DNA of 64,000 bases, taken from Paraspadella gotoi (Eukaryota; Animalia; Chaetognatha). The notes beneath the pieces are model-generated. The model did not search any database and had not been told where the DNA came from. It saw nothing but the letters and a program-made list of their open reading frames with translations. This document shows, piece after piece, positions 63,945-64,000 of the stretch. Where the stretch lies: the NCBI GenBank assembly GCA_051294375.1, contig CM119269.1:7019552-7083551 (forward strand), given 5' to 3'. Position 1 is the stretch's first letter; each line of letters begins with the position of its first letter. The translations under genes were made by a program, and so were the position numbers.

Positions 63945-64000
63945 CGACCACGGCCTCGGAGCAGATGGAGGGGTCGGTAGAGGCGGAACCGGCTGTTGAG

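Overview
AT-rich, repeat-saturated eukaryotic DNA, most likely from an invertebrate animal (GT-AG introns, TTAGGG-type motifs, Penelope/Kolobok/hAT/Transib/Helentron-type repeats). The assembly is error-prone: many single-base indels, and two 25-N gaps, each followed by a redundant copy of earlier sequence (probably uncollapsed haplotypes). Most ORFs in the supplied track are microsatellite artefacts. Genes I can support: (1) a spliced minus-strand prepropeptide (signal peptide, very acidic propiece, KR site, 45-aa Arg/Pro-rich peptide ending in Gly) that looks like an undescribed antimicrobial-peptide precursor, with a sense-strand hammerhead ribozyme in its upstream intron; (2) a plus-strand secreted low-complexity gene whose first intron appears to host gene 1; (3) an unusually long XK-related multipass membrane protein, plus a degraded second copy; (4) a C2H2-finger ORF at the right edge, next to telomere-motif satellites, probably the start of a retroelement. 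The rest is nested mobile DNA: four Penelope-type hammerheads, Helentron/DINE-1-like elements, a 7-bp-TSD MITE, Kolobok, Transib-like and hAT MITEs, a gag-only LTR element, a structured SINE and LINE/Tc1 remnants. All calls come from reading the sequence by eye; no database searches were run.
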